Below are positions 37,318 to 41,575 of a stretch of 41,575 nt of DNA, piece by piece; the stretch's first letter is position 1; every line of letters begins with the position of its first letter. The DNA comes from Promethearchaeota archaeon. Its GTDB lineage: Archaea; Asgardarchaeota; Lokiarchaeia; Sigyniarchaeales; SOKP01. The stretch covers positions 1 to 41,575 of the forward strand of contig JAGXNQ010000005.1 of the NCBI GenBank assembly GCA_019894955.1, read 5' to 3'. The position numbers and the translations under genes were made by a program. The notes below the pieces were generated by a model. It was not told where the DNA came from, searched no databases, and saw only the letters and a program-made list of their open reading frames with translations.

Positions 37318-38121
37318 ATGGGAAACAATGAAAATAACCACGTAAAAGTTCCAAAGGATCATCCTCGCCTTACAAGTTTAATGTATCGTCATAAAATTAT
37401 CGAAGGTATGAAAAATTTAGTAGTTGCGGAAGCAGGGTTAATAGCTCACGGTCGAGGTGAATGCTTTGATTATATTTTAGGTGAAATAACAAATAAGATA
37501 GCAATACAAGCTATTAATGCAGCGGTTGCTCAATTACTTCTAGCTCAACATCCTGTAATAAGTGTAAATGGTAACGTAGCTGCCTTATGTCCAGAAGATT
37601 TAGTTTTACTTTCAAAAACTCTAAACGCTCCCTTAGAAATAAATTTATTTTATCGAAAAAAGGGTAGAATAGATGCAATCAAGAAGCTACTAAAAAAAGC
37701 TGGTGCTCAAAAAATTCTTGGGGTAGATGAAAACACTATGGTCGAAATTGAAGAATTATCAAGCAATCGAAGAATGGTAGATCCTAGTGGTATTAAAATA
37801 AGTGATGTTGTATTTGTACCTTTAGAAGATGGCGATAGAACAGAAGCCTTGAAAAAATTAGGAAAAACAGTTATTGCCGTTGACCTAAATCCCTTAAGCA
37901 GGACTGCTATCTGGGCGGATATTACTATCGTTGATAATATTATACGTACACTTCCACTAATGGTGAAAATTGCATTACAATATAAAAAATATACCAAAGA
38001 ACAATTAAAAAATATTGTAAATGAGTTTGATAATAAAAAGAATATTCAAGATATTTTAGAGTTTATAATTGAATATATTAATTTACAAAAAGAAAAGGCT
38101 TTCGACATCTTATATAAATAA
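37318..38121 (+). CDS. 4-phosphopantoate-beta-alanine ligase (PPS)
   Basis: HPR..SL, GLIAHGRGECFDY, SVNGN, VPLEDGDR and DLNPLSRT motifs. Confidence 0.95.
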   Translation: MGNNENNHVKVPKDHPRLTSLMYRHKIIEGMKNLVVAEAGLIAHGRGECFDYILGEITNKIAIQAINAAVAQLLLAQHPVISVNGNVAALCPEDLVLLSKTLNAPLEINLFYRKKGRIDAIKKLLKKAGAQKILGVDENTMVEIEELSSNRRMVDPSGIKISDVVFVPLEDGDRTEALKKLGKTVIAVDLNPLSRTAIWADITIVDNIIRTLPLMVKIALQYKKYTKEQLKNIVNEFDNKKNIQDILEFIIEYINLQKEKAFDILYK

Positions 38122-38213
38122 AATTATTTAAAAAAGCTTAAAAGAATCTAAAATATTATCTTATATAGTTAACTTCATTGTCTACGCTAACTAAATTACG
38201 AATATGAATAACG

Positions 38214-38741
38214 ATGGGAACAGATAAGGAAACTAGAACTGTAAATTTCAATGATAATAGCGGAAATAATCCAATTTTAATTAGGCGCTGTACTTTAGAA
38301 GACTTAGAAGGCGTAATTGAAATAAATGAGAAAGAGTTGCCGGAAGATTATCCTTATTTTTTTTATAAAAGCATTCTTGATAATTTTAATGAATCTTTTT
38401 TAATAGCAGTTGATATTAATGGCAATGTTGTTGGATATATCATGTGGCGAGTGGAAAAAGTACCTGCCATTGATAGTTTGAAAATAATTAATAAAGGCCA
38501 CTTAGTATCTATAGCGGTTATTAAGGGATTTAGACGATTGGGAATATCAAAAGCTCTTCTTACAAAATCAATGGAAGAGATAAAGAAAAGAGTAATAGAT
38601 GAATTTGTTTTAGAAGTCCGAGTTAGTAATTATGCAGCAATTAATCTATATAAAAAATATAACTTTTCATCTCAAAGCATTAAATATAAGTATTATCGAG
38701 ATGGGGAAAATGCATACTTCATGGTTTGCAAAGCTAAATAA
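38214..38741 (+). CDS. Ard1/RimI-type N-terminal acetyltransferase
   Basis: LPEDYP, GYIMWRVE, GHLVSIAV, LEVRVSN and YYRDGENAY motifs. Confidence 0.93.
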   Translation: MGTDKETRTVNFNDNSGNNPILIRRCTLEDLEGVIEINEKELPEDYPYFFYKSILDNFNESFLIAVDINGNVVGYIMWRVEKVPAIDSLKIINKGHLVSIAVIKGFRRLGISKALLTKSMEEIKKRVIDEFVLEVRVSNYAAINLYKKYNFSSQSIKYKYYRDGENAYFMVCKAK

Positions 38742-38743
38742 TC

Positions 38744-39760
38744 TCAAGCATATGATTTCTCCAAACCCTTAATAAGAAGTGTTATAATTTTGTTAAAAGG
38801 CACATTAATATTTAATTCCTTAGCTAATTGAACTATTTTGCCATTCATAAAATCTATTTCAGTAAATTTACTTTTCAATACATCCTGAAGCATAGAATTT
38901 AAATTATTGCTCGTATCTTCTGCTACTTGGTACATTATGTTTGCATAATCTTTTTGTGGTAGTTTTATTCCTAGCTTCTTTGCAATTTTTAATGCTTCTA
39001 GAACTAGTACTTTCATTAATTTTTTTAATTTCCCATTTTCTAACAATTGGCCATTTTTTAATCGAGTAATTGCTCCTAATGCATTAATTCCAATATTAAC
39101 CATCACTTTTTCCCAACAATAAATATTAATATCATTCACAATCTCAGTCTTTAAACCACTTAAATTGAGCAAATTTCGTAATAATTCAAGCACATCCTTA
39201 ATTGATTTGTTTTTTAGTTTATTAGATTTAATGAATGAAAAACCAATTTTAGTAAATCCACTTCCAGCGTGATAAATCTGACCTGGATTTTTAATATACG
39301 CACCGTGAGTTGTAACTATTCTTATTATTTTTTCTTTCTCACAAAACTGACTGACAATATCCTCATTACCTATTCCATTTTGTAATATAATGACCCAAGA
39401 ACTTGAATCGATAATCTTTTTATACTGGATTAAAGAATTTTCCAAGTCAGGAGTTTTAGTAGAAATAAAAAGAAAGTTAAAATGATAGGTGGAGTTCTCT
39501 TTTATAATTTTATCAACTTGATTGAGATTTTCATATGCAATTATATTACTAATTTTCAAGATTTCTCCACATGTTTGGATCTCTAAACCCCTTTTCTTTA
39601 TCTCTAGACAATGTTCTTTTCTGCAAAAAAACGTAATTTCAATAGAATATTCATTATGTTTAATTGATGATAATAAGCCACCAAATAAACTACCTATAGA
39701 GCCCGCACCGATAAACCCAAACTTCAATTTTTTTTTAGGTGAATTTAATATATTCATCAA
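38744..39760 (-). CDS. panE: 2-dehydropantoate 2-reductase
   Basis: GAGSIG, LQNGIG, WEKVMVN..IN and NSMLQD....TEIDFMNG motifs. Confidence 0.94.
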   Translation of the reverse strand: MMNILNSPKKKLKFGFIGAGSIGSLFGGLLSSIKHNEYSIEITFFCRKEHCLEIKKRGLEIQTCGEILKISNIIAYENLNQVDKIIKENSTYHFNFLFISTKTPDLENSLIQYKKIIDSSSWVIILQNGIGNEDIVSQFCEKEKIIRIVTTHGAYIKNPGQIYHAGSGFTKIGFSFIKSNKLKNKSIKDVLELLRNLLNLSGLKTEIVNDINIYCWEKVMVNIGINALGAITRLKNGQLLENGKLKKLMKVLVLEALKIAKKLGIKLPQKDYANIMYQVAEDTSNNLNSMLQDVLKSKFTEIDFMNGKIVQLAKELNINVPFNKIITLLIKGLEKSYA

Positions 39761-39776
39761 TAATTCAACATTAAGA

Positions 39777-40646
39777 TTATGTTAGGAAATTTTTTAGGCT
39801 TGTTTGATTTTTGGAATAGACTCCTGATTTCTTTTTAACATCTAAAATACTGACTTTGTTTGGATCATTTTTTGGATTAACACCTAATGCCTTCATCAAC
39901 ATTAATGAGTTTTTTACAGCATATCCAGAATAATGATTGTTAAAATAGATACCGATTTTTTTGACTTTCGGAATGATTTTTAATATAGATTGAGCCCATT
40001 GCTGAATTTCCTGATCAGAAAATAGATAATCGAACCAAGGTTTCTCCCCATAACCATGAAATCGAATATAGGCAAAATCATCATTTGTTACATCCATTCT
40101 AGGAGGTAATAGTGGTTCAATAACCCCACAATAAACTAATTGCTCTTTCTTCAAAAAATCAAAAACCTCATCTTCCATCCATGAGTTGTGCCGAAATTCT
40201 ATTGATAAGTAATATCCATCTTCTTTTGGATTAGTTGGCCAATTATCAATGAAATCCTTTAAAAGATCAAAATGACTTTCTTTTTTAAATGAAGGGGGTA
40301 ACTGGATTAACAATGATAGTAGCTTTTTCGATTCTACAAAAGGAGTCATTAGTTTTAAAAATTTAGATAAATCATCACTACAATGTTCTAAAGATAATTT
40401 ACTTTTATGTGTTATAGATTGAGGAAGTTTTACTGAAAAAAGGAAATTATTTGGTGTTTTATTCACCCAATTCTTTACCGTCCAATATGAAGGCATATGA
40501 TAAAATGTTGTGTTGATTTCATTAGTATAAAAAATTTCGGAATAGTACACTAGAAAGTCTTCTTTTTTCAAACTCTTAGGATAAAATGTACCAACCCATT
40601 CATCATACCCCCAACCAGAGGTTCCAATTAAAATATTATTTCCCAT
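39777..40646 (-). CDS. DUF72 (YecE/YunF-like) protein; ATG 40646 preferred over GTG 40652
   Basis: IGTSGW, EINTTFY, QLPPSF, IEFRH.SW, YIRFHG and YFNN motifs; SD GAGGTG upstream of ATG 40646. Confidence 0.93.
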   Translation of the reverse strand: MGNNILIGTSGWGYDEWVGTFYPKSLKKEDFLVYYSEIFYTNEINTTFYHMPSYWTVKNWVNKTPNNFLFSVKLPQSITHKSKLSLEHCSDDLSKFLKLMTPFVESKKLLSLLIQLPPSFKKESHFDLLKDFIDNWPTNPKEDGYYLSIEFRHNSWMEDEVFDFLKKEQLVYCGVIEPLLPPRMDVTNDDFAYIRFHGYGEKPWFDYLFSDQEIQQWAQSILKIIPKVKKIGIYFNNHYSGYAVKNSLMLMKALGVNPKNDPNKVSILDVKKKSGVYSKNQTSLKNFLT

Positions 40647-40984
40647 TAACACACCTCTTTTAAGCTTTTTACTATAACGTAGTATTATAAACTTAATGAA
40701 TTTAAAAATTAGAGATTATTTAAGATGAACTCGGAGTTGATTTATAATATTCCTAATATATTTTCATTTATTATAATTCTCTGAATGTAAATAAAATTAA
40801 AAAATTGACTAATAATCTCTTTATTAGTACGGCAGGAATAAATCATAAAGTTCCTCATTTACCTTTTAAAGTTTATGGAATGCGACCATAAAATTTTTAA
40901 TGTAATAAAGATTGTTATATTTCGTCGAAGATTTTTAAAAATTAGGTTAAAAATTTAACCCTCAAATCATCGATAAGTTATTGG

Positions 40985-41190
40985 TTGAGAAAAACATCTC
41001 ATCCATATGTGATGACATGGCACCAATAGCCGGTTTCGACCTCACTTAAGTACACCAGTATCGGCTTCGGTCGGCGTGACTGGAGAAACATGAGGTGAGT
41101 GCTTAAAATGACCATTACTTTGGTTGGTTTAAGTGTATCGAACCAAGTGTGACCAATATGAGTTCATGCTCATAGGAACAAACTCCCCTT
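40985..41190 (+). ncRNA. Unidentified structured RNA candidate
   Basis: Locally GC-enriched segment with no ORF in the track; many hairpins, a cUUCGg tetraloop, G.U pairs favouring the + strand, possible pseudoknot or switch. Confidence 0.55.
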
Positions 41191-41335
41191 AACAAATAAA
41201 GAGTCTTTAAAAACTTTAATCACATCTAATGTGGTTAAATTAGTAATTGTCTCCAATTTATGTAATTTTAATTAATTAAATGCTTTTAAAAATTCAAGTC
41301 TTAACACGAGCATTCTGAATCTTTCCTTGAGTAGT

Positions 41336-41575
41336 AGCCAATACGCCTACGCTATTTGGTGGATATCTTGGCTTGGGCACTGATGAAGAGCGTGACAAGC
41401 TGCGTTAAGCTCGGGTTAGTCGCATGTAGACGTTGACCCCGAGATTCTCGAATAGGACATCCCCTTGCGGCCCAATAATCCGCAAGATTCCCAATAGGGA
41501 AGAGGAACCCTGGGAAGTAAAACATTTTAGTACCAGGAGGAAAAGAAAACAACCGTGATTCCGTTAGTAACGGCG
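41336..41575 (+). rRNA. rrl: 23S rRNA, 5' portion (truncated by window end; start approximate)
   Basis: GGTGGAT...GGC...GATGAAG, AAGCTGCG.TAAGC, GAAGTAAAACATTTTAGTACC.GGAGGAAAAGAAA and GATTCCGTTAGTAACGGCG are LSU domain I signatures. Confidence 0.97.

Noticed and set aside
41009-41015. Box C-like GTGATGA suggesting a C/D sRNA
   Set aside because: No CTGA box D at a suitable distance on the + strand
41019-41103. Resemblance to 5S rRNA (GGCACCAATAGC...GACTGGAG...GTGCT)
   Set aside because: Only about 85 nt between the putative helix I strands, and the conserved CCGAAC and GAAGTTAAG motifs are missing
41175-41191. GAACAAACTCCCCTTA resembling RNase P CR-V
   Set aside because: No GAGGAAA-type CR-I or complementary P4 strand upstream
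41352-41552. 66-aa minus-strand ORF
   Set aside because: Antisense to 23S rRNA
1-41575. CRISPR arrays, IS transposases, integrases
   Set aside because: No regularly spaced repeats or transposase/recombinase motifs seen

Overview
AT-rich archaeal chromosomal window, almost certainly from an Asgard archaeon (Lokiarchaeia-like). The evidence is archaeal housekeeping genes (thermosome, TFB, Rpo12, aRF1, aIF2-beta, Rio1/Dim2/Nmd3, FtsZ, the PoK/PPS CoA route, MfnB) mixed with eukaryotic-signature-type proteins (profilin, Rab-like GTPase, tandem Roadblock, RING-like finger, PAC4-like chaperone). I found two real genes missing from the ORF track: aIF1/SUI1 at 6265-6606 and Rpo12 at 20284-20433. There are five tRNA genes carrying seven BHB-type introns, six at non-canonical positions, including a three-intron tRNA-Asn. 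The window ends in the 5' part of a 23S rRNA gene with no 16S gene upstream. Most notable observations: (1) the start-codon-fidelity factor aIF1/SUI1 appears to start at a non-canonical AUU codon, as bacterial infC does; (2) an unidentified, densely structured ~200-nt RNA candidate just upstream of 23S; (3) a tandem-HNH endonuclease islet bounded by a duplicated tRNA-Asn 3' end; (4) an apparently catalytically dead Ctu1/TtuA paralogue; (5) a profilin with an extra C-terminal domain. All family assignments come from motif recognition by eye; no searches were run.
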